From positions 608,001 to 672,000 of the forward strand of contig CAWCKJ010000003.1 in the NCBI GenBank assembly GCA_963796105.1: a stretch of DNA of 64,000 nt. The letters are read 5' to 3'. The notes beneath the pieces were generated by a model, which did no database searches, was not told the DNA's origin, and was given only the letters and a program-made list of their open reading frames with translations. Source of the stretch: a candidate division FCPU426 bacterium (GTDB lineage: Bacteria > Oederibacteriota > Muellerivitia > Muellerivitales > Muellerivitaceae). Shown piece after piece: positions 44,174 to 53,372 of the stretch (positions are counted from its first letter, which is position 1; each line of letters begins with the position of its first letter). The position numbers and the translations under genes are program-made.

Positions 44174-46684
44174 TTACTGGATCTTGACGGCCTTGGCTTT
44201 CCAAATTTCATCGCAATATTGCCGGATAGTCCTGTCGCTTGAAAATTTGCCCATCCGGGCCACGTTGAGGATGGCCATCCGGGTCCACATCGCCTGGTTC
44301 AGGTAAAGCTGGGTCACCTTATCCTGGCACTCGACATAAGAGTTAAAGTCAGCCAAAAGAAGGTACTCGTCCACGTTCATCAATGAATCGACGATGGGGT
44401 TGAACAAGCCCGGATTTTCCGGCGAGAAAAATCCGCTGGAAATAAGGTCAAAAACTCCTTTTAGTTCCTGTGACTCCTCATAATAAAACCGGGGCCGGTA
44501 TCCCTCTCTCTTTAATTGGGCCACCTCGTCCGCCTTCAAGCCGAATATGAATATATTCTCATTCCCGACCTCTTCCAAAATCTCGACGTTGGCCCCGTCC
44601 AAAGTGCCGATGGTCAAGGCGCCGTTGAGGGCGAATTTCATGTTTCCGGTTCCCGACGCTTCTTTCCCGGCTGTGGAAATTTGCTCGGAAAGATCAGTCG
44701 CGGGAATGATTTTCTCGGCCGTGGAAACCCGGTAGTTGGGCATGAAAACCACCATGAGCTTTCCCTTGGTTTGGGGGTCCTGGTTCACCACGTCCGCGAT
44801 CGAGTTGATGAATTTAATGATAAGCTTGGCCGCAGCATAGCCTGGCGCGGCCTTCCCCCCGAAAATCACGGTCCTCGGGACAAACGGCGCCTGGGGATTG
44901 GCCTTGATCCTCCGGTAAAGGGTGATGACATGGAGCGCGTTCAATAACTGCCGTTTATACTCGTGGATGCGCTTGACCTGCACGTCAAACATGGATTTCG
45001 GGTCGACCGCCAGCCTTTGTTCAGCCGCGATCAAGCCGGCCAATTTTTCCTTGTTAAGCCTTTTGACTTCCCGCCACTCGAGCTGGAATTTCTCGTCATC
45101 GGCGTATTTTTCGAGTTTTTTGAGCTTATCAAGGTCCGTGATCCAGCCATCCCCGATTTTCGAGGTGATCAGGCGCGCCAAATTCGAGTTGCATTTTCTC
45201 AGCCAGCGGCGCTGCGTGATGCCGTTGGTCTTGTTATTAAAACGCTCCGGGTACAGTTCATAAAAGTCAGGAACCACCTGTGATTTCAACAATTCGGTAT
45301 GAAGGGCGGACACCCCGTTAACCGAGTGGGAACCGATGATCGCCAGGTGGGCCATCCGGATTTGCGGATCATGGCCCTCCTCGAAAATCGACATGCGCCG
45401 CAGTCGCTCCACATCGCCGGGATGCCGGTTGGCAACCTCCCTTAGGAAGCGGGCGTTGATCTCCTGGATGATTTGAAGATGCCTTGGAAAAAGCCGGCCA
45501 AACAGGTTCAAAGGCCATTTTTCCAGGGATTCCGGAAGAAGGGTATGGTTGGTATAGGCAAAGACGGCGCGAGTGATATTCCAGGCTCTTTCCCATTCCA
45601 GGCCCTCCTCGTCCACCAACATCTTCATGAATTCGGCAATCGCGATGGCGGGATGGGTATCGTTCAGCTGGATCGCGGCAACATCAGGGAGAAAATTGAA
45701 ATCAGTGTGTTCCCTTTTAAAACGACGCATGATGTCCTGAATGGAGGCGGAGACGAAGAAATATTGCTGTTTCAAGCGCAATTCCCTCCCCTCCGGGCTG
45801 TTGTCATTGGGATAAAGGACCTTGGAAATGGACTCCGTCTCGGTTTTCTTGGAAGTGGCGGCGTAATAATTGCCTTTGTTGAAGAAATCCAGGTCGAATT
45901 CCTGGGTTGCCTTGGCGGACCACAGCCTCAAGTTGTTCACTGTTTTTTGGCCGTAACCAGGGACGGGTGTGTCATAAGCCATGGCAAGCACATCCTCGGT
46001 ATCGACCCAGTCAAAAGCGAGTTTTCCCGTCCTGCTTAACCGCTGCGCCACTCGGCCCCCGAAACGGATCCGGTAGGTATATTCAGGCCTGGAAATTTCC
46101 CAGGGGTTGACGCTGGAGAGCCACTCATCCGGTTCCTCCACCTGGTAACCCCGCACGATCTTCTGCCGGAAAATCCCGTAATCGTACCGGATGCCATATC
46201 CATAAGCTGGGATTTCCAGGGTCGCCAGCGAGTCCATGAAGCAAGCCGCCAACCGGCCGAGGCCCCCGTTTCCCAGGCCCGCGTCAATTTCCAATTCGCG
46301 TAAATCCTCGAGGGTTAATCCCAAGTCAGCCAAGGCCTTTAGCACACTTCCCTCAGCCTGCAAATTGAGGATGGAGTTCCCCAGCGTCCGCCCAATCAAG
46401 AATTCCAGGGAAAAGTAGTAAACCCTTTTCACCTTTTGGGACCTGTATGTTTTCTGGGTCGCCATCCAATTCTCCACTAAACGTTCCCGGATGGCGTAGG
46501 CCAGGCTCAAGTACCGGTCATAAGGCGTGGCCGTGTCCGGCTCTTTCGCCAAGAGATACTTGAGATTGTTTTGAAAGGAATGGATAAAATCCTCGGGCCG
46601 GGTTCCCAAGAAGGCTTCCCCAATCTGTTGGGATTGACTTGTGTTTGCCGGTTTGGCGGTTTTCACTGCGTTATTTTTTTTCAT
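44174..46684 (-). CDS. glgP: Glycogen/starch phosphorylase
   Basis: LGNGGLGRLAAC, QLNDTHP, KRIHEYKRQ, EASGTGNMK, FSSDRTI. Confidence 0.98.
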   Translation of the reverse strand: MKKNNAVKTAKPANTSQSQQIGEAFLGTRPEDFIHSFQNNLKYLLAKEPDTATPYDRYLSLAYAIRERLVENWMATQKTYRSQKVKRVYYFSLEFLIGRTLGNSILNLQAEGSVLKALADLGLTLEDLRELEIDAGLGNGGLGRLAACFMDSLATLEIPAYGYGIRYDYGIFRQKIVRGYQVEEPDEWLSSVNPWEISRPEYTYRIRFGGRVAQRLSRTGKLAFDWVDTEDVLAMAYDTPVPGYGQKTVNNLRLWSAKATQEFDLDFFNKGNYYAATSKKTETESISKVLYPNDNSPEGRELRLKQQYFFVSASIQDIMRRFKREHTDFNFLPDVAAIQLNDTHPAIAIAEFMKMLVDEEGLEWERAWNITRAVFAYTNHTLLPESLEKWPLNLFGRLFPRHLQIIQEINARFLREVANRHPGDVERLRRMSIFEEGHDPQIRMAHLAIIGSHSVNGVSALHTELLKSQVVPDFYELYPERFNNKTNGITQRRWLRKCNSNLARLITSKIGDGWITDLDKLKKLEKYADDEKFQLEWREVKRLNKEKLAGLIAAEQRLAVDPKSMFDVQVKRIHEYKRQLLNALHVITLYRRIKANPQAPFVPRTVIFGGKAAPGYAAAKLIIKFINSIADVVNQDPQTKGKLMVVFMPNYRVSTAEKIIPATDLSEQISTAGKEASGTGNMKFALNGALTIGTLDGANVEILEEVGNENIFIFGLKADEVAQLKREGYRPRFYYEESQELKGVFDLISSGFFSPENPGLFNPIVDSLMNVDEYLLLADFNSYVECQDKVTQLYLNQAMWTRMAILNVARMGKFSSDRTIRQYCDEIWKAKAVKIQ

Positions 46685-46958
46685 TCTCGTCCTTTACCTC
46701 AAAGTCAGCGTCTATAGCAGGGGCATTCGACACGATCCGTCCCGGGCCATGCATCATTCTCTGATGATTGCTATCCGGGCTCCCCCGAGCCGGCAAAAAT
46801 AAATATCGAATGGCCGTGGCGCCCAATGCCGCCGCGCCGACGGCCAAGGCCAGTGCCATGGCAAAAGGAAGCAAGGCTAAGGCCAATAGGACCAAAACCG
46901 GAATGATCCAGCCAGGTGCCCGGTATGTGTGTATTTGCATTCCCAAGGGAAATGACAC
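46671..46958 (-). CDS. Small membrane protein, hypothetical
   Basis: Hydrophobic hairpin, C-terminal IDADFEV motif, overlaps the glgP start. Confidence 0.65.
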   Translation of the reverse strand: MSFPLGMQIHTYRAPGWIIPVLVLLALALLPFAMALALAVGAAALGATAIRYLFLPARGSPDSNHQRMMHGPGRIVSNAPAIDADFEVKDENEKK

Positions 46959-47048
46959 CTCCAGTAATTCCGAGCATTTTCGTACAGACTCGCATATTTC
47001 TCAATATGAGTTTTTTCCTCAAGGGTTTGTTTTCATTGATATCCTTCC

Positions 47049-47076
47049 TTGATTTGCCCCCCGGAAGTTTTAGAAT
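47049..47076 (+). promoter_or_regulatory. Putative promoter of the 6S RNA
   Basis: TTGATT-16 nt-TAGAAT directly before the RNA 5' end. Confidence 0.5.
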
Positions 47077-47081
47077 AGATG

Positions 47082-47260
47082 TGCCTCTGCGGTGTTCGAG
47101 CTTGGGGCGGGAAATTTTGAGCCACAAAACAAATCAACGGGTTCCCATTTTCCAATCGGGGATAGTCTTCTTCGGAAGCGAATGAACCGCTTGGTCGGGC
47201 GCCCACCTGACTTAGTCAGGCCTCAAAAGAGTACTGTCTCAAACGGCACAGGCGGGGGCT
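47082..47260 (+). ncRNA. ssrS: 6S RNA
   Basis: ~180 nt rod: GCCTCTGC-GGTGTTCG pairs with CGGCAC-AGGCGGGGGC, and TTTTGAG with CTCAAAA; contains GGGCGCCCACCTG; followed by a T tract; near zapA and the 5-FTHF cyclo-ligase gene. Confidence 0.8.
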
Positions 47261-47327
47261 TTTTTATTTCCGTTTCTCCCCTGGTTTCCCACTTGTTGCC
47301 CCAGAAATAGGGCCCTATCATACCCCC

Positions 47328-48677
47328 ATGGATTTATTCGATTCCATTCCTGAAGAAAACGACACGGTCCGCCCCCTGGCCCTGCGCATGTCCCCCAGGT
47401 CCCTGGAGGATTTCTTCGGTCAGGAGCATTTGCTGGGGGAAGGCAAGCTTTTGAGGCGCCTGCTGGAAGCCAACCGGATTGTTTCCGTGATCCTGTACGG
47501 CCCCCCGGGAGTGGGCAAAACCGCCTTCGCCCGGCTTGTGGCTCGCAAGACCAAAAGCCGGTTCACGGCCTTGAACGCGGTCACCTCGGGCCTGGCGGAC
47601 CTGAGAAAGCTTTTCGACGAGGCCCAGGAAAACAAGCGCCTCTACCGCCAGTCCACCATCCTTTTCCTCGACGAGATCCACCATTTCAACAAGAACCAGC
47701 AGGACGCCCTGCTCCCCCATCTGGAGCAAGGCACCATCCTACTGATCGGCTCCACGACGCAAAACCCCTTTTTCGCCCTGAACACCGCCCTGCTTTCCCG
47801 GTCCCGGGTCTGCGAGTTCCGGCCCCTGGAGGAAAAAGACCTGGCCCTCATCCTGGAAAGGGCCTTGGCCGATGAGAAAAGGGGCCTGGGCAAATACAAG
47901 GTGGATCTCTCCATGGACGCCAAATCCCACCTCCTGAAAACCGCATCCGGGGACGCCAGGTCCCTTCTGAACGCCCTGGAAGTGGGTGTCTTGACGACCC
48001 CGCCCGACGAAAGCGGCGTGATCCATTTCAACCTGCGTACCGCCGAGGAATCCATCCAGAAACGCATGGTGCAATACGACGGCTCCGGGGACCAGCATTT
48101 CGACACCATTTCCGCCTTCATTAAAAGCATCCGGGGCTCCGATCCCGACGCGGCGCTCTATTGGCTGGCCAAAATGCTTTACGCCGGGGAGGACCCCCGG
48201 TTCATCGCCCGCCGGCTGGTGATTTCCGCGGCGGAGGACGTGGGAAACGCGGACCCGCAAGGACTTTCCGTCGCTGTGGCGGCCCAGCAGGCGTTGGAAT
48301 TCATAGGACTTCCGGAAGGGCGCATTCCCCTGGCCCAAGCCACGGTTTACCTGGCTTGCGCCCCCAAGAGCAACGCTTCCTATATGGGGTTGGAAACAGC
48401 GTCGGAGGACGTCAAGAATGAAACCGTCAAGGAAGTGCCTGTCCACCTGAAGGATGCCCACTATCCTGGGGCGAAAGCCCTGGGCCACGGGGAGGGTTAC
48501 CAATACGCCCACAATTTCCAGGATCATTACGTCCAGCAGGAATACGCCCCCCGCCTACCCCAGTATTATTTCCCCACCAACCTCGGCTTCGAGAATAAGA
48601 TCAAGAACTGGTTGGAACATTTGAAGAATCTGGAGAAGGCCTCCCCTTCCAAGGAAAAATCCGATGAAAACAACTGA
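47328..48677 (+). CDS. rarA: Replication-associated recombination protein A (MgsA/RarA AAA+ ATPase)
   Basis: PLALRM, YGPPGVGKT, DEIHHFNK.QQD, SAFIKSIRGSD, EDVGNADP. Confidence 0.96.
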   Translation: MDLFDSIPEENDTVRPLALRMSPRSLEDFFGQEHLLGEGKLLRRLLEANRIVSVILYGPPGVGKTAFARLVARKTKSRFTALNAVTSGLADLRKLFDEAQENKRLYRQSTILFLDEIHHFNKNQQDALLPHLEQGTILLIGSTTQNPFFALNTALLSRSRVCEFRPLEEKDLALILERALADEKRGLGKYKVDLSMDAKSHLLKTASGDARSLLNALEVGVLTTPPDESGVIHFNLRTAEESIQKRMVQYDGSGDQHFDTISAFIKSIRGSDPDAALYWLAKMLYAGEDPRFIARRLVISAAEDVGNADPQGLSVAVAAQQALEFIGLPEGRIPLAQATVYLACAPKSNASYMGLETASEDVKNETVKEVPVHLKDAHYPGAKALGHGEGYQYAHNFQDHYVQQEYAPRLPQYYFPTNLGFENKIKNWLEHLKNLEKASPSKEKSDENN

Positions 48678-49263
48678 TTCCCACGATCCCCCCGGGGGGG
48701 ATAAAAACCAGCTCCGGGAAAAATTGACCGCCATTCGCAACGCGGTGGATCAAGATTTGGCTGAAGCGGCTTCTCAGGGTGTATGGACCATCCTGCAGGA
48801 GGTTCCGGAATACCAGAAGGCCCGGGGAATCGGGGCGTTCGCCTCTATTCCCCATGAAATCAACACTTATCCCATCCTGGAGGGAACCCTGGCCGCTGGA
48901 AAAAAGCTTTATCTTCCAAAAGTGATGAAAGACAAATTGCATTTCGAGTTTTACCCAGTGCACGACCTGAAAAACCTGCAACCGGGCCCCTACGGCATCC
49001 TGGAACCCACTGGAAACCAAGCGGCTGATTGGCAGGAATTGGATATGGTGCTAGTCCCGGGATTGGCCTTCGACCGGATGGGGCGCCGTTTGGGTTTTGG
49101 AAAAGGCTATTATGACCGGGCGCTTCCCCTCCTGAAAAGCCATTGCCTTTCCGTGGGACTGGGATATTGCTTCCAGATCGTGGACCAGGTACCAGCTTCG
49201 GAGCACGATGTTCCCGTCAAGGCCATCCTTTGCGAATCAGGCTTCCACCCCTGCTTGAAATGA
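48664..49263 (+). CDS. 5-formyltetrahydrofolate cyclo-ligase
   Basis: YGILEP, VPGLAFD, RLGFGKGYYDR, HDVPV. Confidence 0.95.
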   Translation: MKTTDSHDPPGGDKNQLREKLTAIRNAVDQDLAEAASQGVWTILQEVPEYQKARGIGAFASIPHEINTYPILEGTLAAGKKLYLPKVMKDKLHFEFYPVHDLKNLQPGPYGILEPTGNQAADWQELDMVLVPGLAFDRMGRRLGFGKGYYDRALPLLKSHCLSVGLGYCFQIVDQVPASEHDVPVKAILCESGFHPCLK

Positions 49264-49333
49264 ACCTTGGAACAAAGATAAATAAAATCAGACGTTTTAA
49301 TTCTAAAAGGCGTTAAACAAAACCAAGTCCTTT

Positions 49334-49622
49334 GCCACGGATTCAGGGGATACAGGGGATGGGCAAGAAATTGGATTTCGCATGGTAAATTTTTCGATAG
49401 TGATCTATGGCTCAGCCGCCGGTCGATGGAAAAATTAATTTTTCCACGGTCCGCAGGCAGGGCCATAACGCCCATGGGACGCAATGGCGAAACCATTGCC
49501 ACGATCTAGACCTGTTTAATCCCATGAATCCCATGCATGCCGACCTTCCTATAAGTAATTAAAGAGGTCGGTATCGTACCAATCTTCATATAAGCTTTAT
49601 GGAAGATCGGCACATCCGTGGC
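49334..49622. repeat. Nested palindromic element (GCCACGGAT...ATCCGTGGC) with a double-hairpin insert
   Basis: Perfect 9-bp inverted ends; CAGGGGATACAGGGGAT matches ATCCCATGAATCCCATG; inner palindrome 49538-49612. Confidence 0.65.
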
Positions 49623-49731
49623 TAGAGTCTGTTTTTTAAAGATGAGTAGGTCGCTTTAACGCGTAATTCGGGTTTGCTTTTAAGGCTTGTTTTCATTAAT
49701 CTCATCCAACGCCTGAGGGAGAAATCATTTC

Positions 49732-50514
49732 ATGAACATTCTGATCATTGGGGACATTATTGGAAAACCCGGCCGTCACGCGGTTCATAACTGCATGGCA
49801 CGGGTCAAAAACGAGTTTTCGGTGGATTTCGTCGTGGCAAACGGCGAAAACCTTTCCAACGGAACCGGAATCCAGCCGGACGCGTTCAAGGGCCTTTTGG
49901 AGTCGGGCGTGGATGTGGTCACCAGCGGCAATCACATTTGGGCGAAAAAGGAAGTCCGTGAAATCCTGGGGAAAGACCCGCGCCTCTTGCGTCCCCATAA
50001 CTATCCCCCCGAAAATCCCGGGACGGGTCTTGGTGTTTACGATTGCAAAGGCACTCCCGTCGCCGTCCTGAACCTCATGGGCCGGGTTTTCATGTATCCC
50101 ATCGACTGCCCCTTCAAATCCGCTGACAGGGCCTTGGATTACCTGCAAGGCAAGGCCAAGGTGATTGTGGTGGATATGCATTGCGAGGCAACCAGCGAGA
50201 AGCGCGCCATGGGGTGGTACTTGAACGGCAGGGTCAGCTCGATGACAGGCACCCATACCCATATCATGACAGCAGATGAGGAAATTCTTTCAGGCGGGAC
50301 AGCTTACCTGACCGATATCGGCATGAGCGGCTCCCCCAACTCCATCATCGGCATGAAGCAGGAACAGGTCATGTCCCGCTTCCTCACGGGGGCCCCCTCC
50401 CGATTCGAGGTATCCGAGTCGCTTCCCTACTTGTTCCAAGCCGTGGTTGTTTCTGTCGATCCAGGAACCGGAAAAGCCACCAAAATCGACCGCATCCGCC
50501 AAGTTGTTAACTGA
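49732..50514 (+). CDS. ymdB: YmdB/TIGR00282-family metallophosphoesterase
   Basis: GDIIGKPGR, NGEN, TSGNH, DMHCEATSEK, GTHTH, TDIGM. Confidence 0.93.
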   Translation: MNILIIGDIIGKPGRHAVHNCMARVKNEFSVDFVVANGENLSNGTGIQPDAFKGLLESGVDVVTSGNHIWAKKEVREILGKDPRLLRPHNYPPENPGTGLGVYDCKGTPVAVLNLMGRVFMYPIDCPFKSADRALDYLQGKAKVIVVDMHCEATSEKRAMGWYLNGRVSSMTGTHTHIMTADEEILSGGTAYLTDIGMSGSPNSIIGMKQEQVMSRFLTGAPSRFEVSESLPYLFQAVVVSVDPGTGKATKIDRIRQVVN

Positions 50515-50677
50515 TTAAATCTAAAGCGTCTGGTCAGAACAAATTTAATCAGACTCCATTCTTAATGAGTAACTGGCAAGTCCTCGATAATACTCAGGGA
50601 AGGTCTGTCGAACCATATGCGAACCATTCACATTAGGTTTTTAACCAGTTATTGAAAAGCACTGACTTATTAATATT

Positions 50678-51258
50678 TTAGCTATTGTCTTTTTTAGCTT
50701 TCCTATCCGCGATGGTCTTTAAAATATATGGATCAATTTTGACATTCGGATTGCACTTTTGGACAAAACTAACAATGTTGGTAATGTGTTCTTGGTATTG
50801 CCTCGTAAACATTTTCCCGCCTAAAAACGGGCCTTTATCTTTCATGTCATTCATCCAGGTAATGTCTGAGGAAACCCGGAAAATCACTTTGGTGTCTCTC
50901 CATTTGTAGTACAGTCTTCTTTTCGTAAATGTATTTGTTTCACATCCGTTTTCGTCATAAGTCACTAATGGATAGAAAGTGTGAAAAATTGTAAAAACAA
51001 AAAAATAGCTCCCCCAAAAGTCGCAATATAAACCATGAATGATAGATTTTCTTTCATAACAATCAGGCGATATAAAAATCCCAAAAAACATGCACCCCAC
51101 ATAAGAAACCATCCGGTTCGTAAATAAACTTTATTTTTAAGATTATGTTCATCTTTAGAGTTGGGGATATAGGACGCATTTTTATTTTCTGAGTTTCCCT
51201 GTTTTTCCTCGTTTATATTTTTTTCATAGTCTTCGTCAAGATTAGGTTTTTCAGTCAT
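50678..51258 (-). pseudogene. AT-rich hypothetical membrane protein split by a 1-nt frameshift
   Basis: ORFs 50965-51258 (AGAGG SD) and 50678-51112 join if the T7 run at 50999-51005 has one more T. Confidence 0.55.
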
Positions 51259-51489
51259 TGACTTTAACCTCTAAAATAATACTTTCCGATGACCTGTGTT
51301 AGTAAAACACATTCCAAAATGCCAATTTATAATACCGTTCCAATTTAATCATTTCCCAAGTTGTACATTGCCCAGTAGCTTCGCGTCTTAAATTATTTTT
51401 AATTCAAAATTGAACAGGGACCTGTCCCGGAAACACCAAAATTATTAAAATCCTGACCGGGCGCTTACATCCAAGCGATTACTACCTGG

Positions 51490-52605
51490 TTATGGAAGCG
51501 TGGTGTTGTTGGGCGAGGCGGGGCTCTGGTAGGAATCCTCCGTATTGCGGGGGACTGGTTTAGGTTTTGGTTTCTTCTTTGGTTTTAGCTGGGCCCTCAG
51601 AATTTTGATGTATTTATTCGCGGCCTTGTTAGACGGGTCCAGGCTCAACGCCTTCTTGTAATAAGCCAGAGCTGTTAGATTGTGCCCAGTTATAGGTTTG
51701 TGGAACTGGTAAATGACCCCCAGGATCGCGTAGGCCTCTGCGTACTTGGCGCGGGCGACTGATTTTTCATGGGTGGACACAGCCAGTTTCAAATTTTTCG
51801 TGGCGGTGAGATAAGCCAAATCCGTGAAAGCCTTCATCCCTTTCTTGTAATACTTCAACATCTTGGAGCCCCCGCCCCCACCCTGATACTCCGCCATGAT
51901 CTCCTCATTCGTCAGTTTCGGTTTCAAGGGCGTTTCAAGCTGGACAGTCACTGCGCCAGAAGATGAAACCACCGGGGCTTGGGTTGGCGTGGGGGTGAAC
52001 ACCGCAGTAACGGAACTCGTCGGGGTAGGGCTTGCGGTGGGTTCAGGCGTGGGTTCCTCCTTCATATTAGGGAAAGACCAGCTGATGCCGAACCGCGCGT
52101 CCAAGTATTGGAAATAATCGCTGGCAGGTTCCATCCAATGGCTCTGGATGGCGATGTCGAGATAAATAGGCGAGACGAATAAGACCTTACTGCCCAAGCC
52201 CATTACATAATCGTATCGTCCATCCCAGCGACCCGGCATATCGGGAGCGGCGTTGATCCCAACCCCTGCCATAAAATAGGGCTGGAAATTCTGCCTCCAG
52301 TTCCCGAACGGAAAGGTCCTGGCCTCGAAATTAAAGGTTTCCGTCACAAAATCGGTGCTGGAATAAAAAGCCGCGTGCTCATAGCTGAATCCAAGCGATA
52401 TATTGCTGCATGGGTTTACTTCACCCAAAGCGCTGAACCCCACACCGTCGGAGTATTGACTTGCAAGGCTCAAAGGCTCGATCGGCATTCCATAGATGCC
52501 GTAAATGGACAGGGAACCGGGGGGAACTTCCCTCGCGCCGGCAAAACCGATAATAGAGAATAGAAACAGAAACGGAAAAAAATATTTATTGAATTTCAAA
52601 TTCAT
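51490..52605 (-). CDS. Exported protein: small outer-membrane beta-barrel-like domain, Pro/Thr linker, TPR domain
   Basis: Signal peptide; QPYFMAGVG...RFGISWSF; PTPEPTASPTPT; YAEAYAILGVIYQ. Confidence 0.75.
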   Translation of the reverse strand: MNLKFNKYFFPFLFLFSIIGFAGAREVPPGSLSIYGIYGMPIEPLSLASQYSDGVGFSALGEVNPCSNISLGFSYEHAAFYSSTDFVTETFNFEARTFPFGNWRQNFQPYFMAGVGINAAPDMPGRWDGRYDYVMGLGSKVLFVSPIYLDIAIQSHWMEPASDYFQYLDARFGISWSFPNMKEEPTPEPTASPTPTSSVTAVFTPTPTQAPVVSSSGAVTVQLETPLKPKLTNEEIMAEYQGGGGGSKMLKYYKKGMKAFTDLAYLTATKNLKLAVSTHEKSVARAKYAEAYAILGVIYQFHKPITGHNLTALAYYKKALSLDPSNKAANKYIKILRAQLKPKKKPKPKPVPRNTEDSYQSPASPNNTTLP

Positions 52606-52618
52606 TCCTTTTCAAGAG

Positions 52619-53287
52619 TTAACGGTATTTTCTGACTTCCTTCAAATGTCTCAAAGCGGTTGGGTTTCCCCTTTCAAACTTCAAGGCGCTTTTATAATAA
52701 CCATAAGCCAAATGGTAATGGCCCTGCACGGGGAAATAAAACTGGTAAATCACGCCCAACATGGCGTTCGCCTCGGCGTAATAAAACTTCCGGGTGTAGG
52801 GATCATGGATTGTAAGTGATTCCTTCAGGTAGCGGATGGCCGCCTCATAATCTTTTCCCGCGTAAGCTTTCATGCCTGCCTCGTAAACATCCCGCATTTT
52901 TAAAATCCCATGGGCTTGAACCGCTAACGGGGCCACTTCCAACGCGGGCTTTTCTTTGGCGGTTGCTTCTGTTTGGTTTTCGTTGGTTTCCTGCTCCTCA
53001 ACAGCCGCGTCCTCATCGGATTTTGATTCCTCGGTACTAATCTCTTTTGTATCCGTGGATTCAGGGACGGGAGTGGGGGTGGCAACGATCGCCTGGGGAG
53101 CGTTTTGGGCCGCCTGCTTGGTTTGCGTGTTGGATGCCTTCGGAGCGGGGGCAGGATTGGTATCGCCCAAATCAATCTCAATATCCGCGAAGGCGCGGGT
53201 GAGGCCGAAAATCATGATGCCCGAAAATAAAATAACCCTAAAGGCCGATATTCTCTTCGTCAGCCCATTCAAGGAAAATGATCCCAA
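52619..53287 (-). CDS. Exported low-complexity protein with C-terminal TPR domain
   Basis: Signal peptide ending AFA; YAEANAMLGVIYQF, similar to the neighbouring gene. Confidence 0.75.
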   Translation of the reverse strand: MGSFSLNGLTKRISAFRVILFSGIMIFGLTRAFADIEIDLGDTNPAPAPKASNTQTKQAAQNAPQAIVATPTPVPESTDTKEISTEESKSDEDAAVEEQETNENQTEATAKEKPALEVAPLAVQAHGILKMRDVYEAGMKAYAGKDYEAAIRYLKESLTIHDPYTRKFYYAEANAMLGVIYQFYFPVQGHYHLAYGYYKSALKFERGNPTALRHLKEVRKYR

Positions 53288-53372
53288 GCACCACCTCCAG
53301 AATTCTCCTAGAAGTTTAACAATTTTTAAGGGGTTTTTTTATTAAAAAACACGGCCTCAGGCCCCCAAAAGC

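Noticed and set aside
49455..49512. c-di-GMP-I riboswitch suggested by GGGACGCAA
   Set aside because: The GGCAAA...GAAA P1 hairpin and the normal P2 continuation are missing; a cmscan would settle it.
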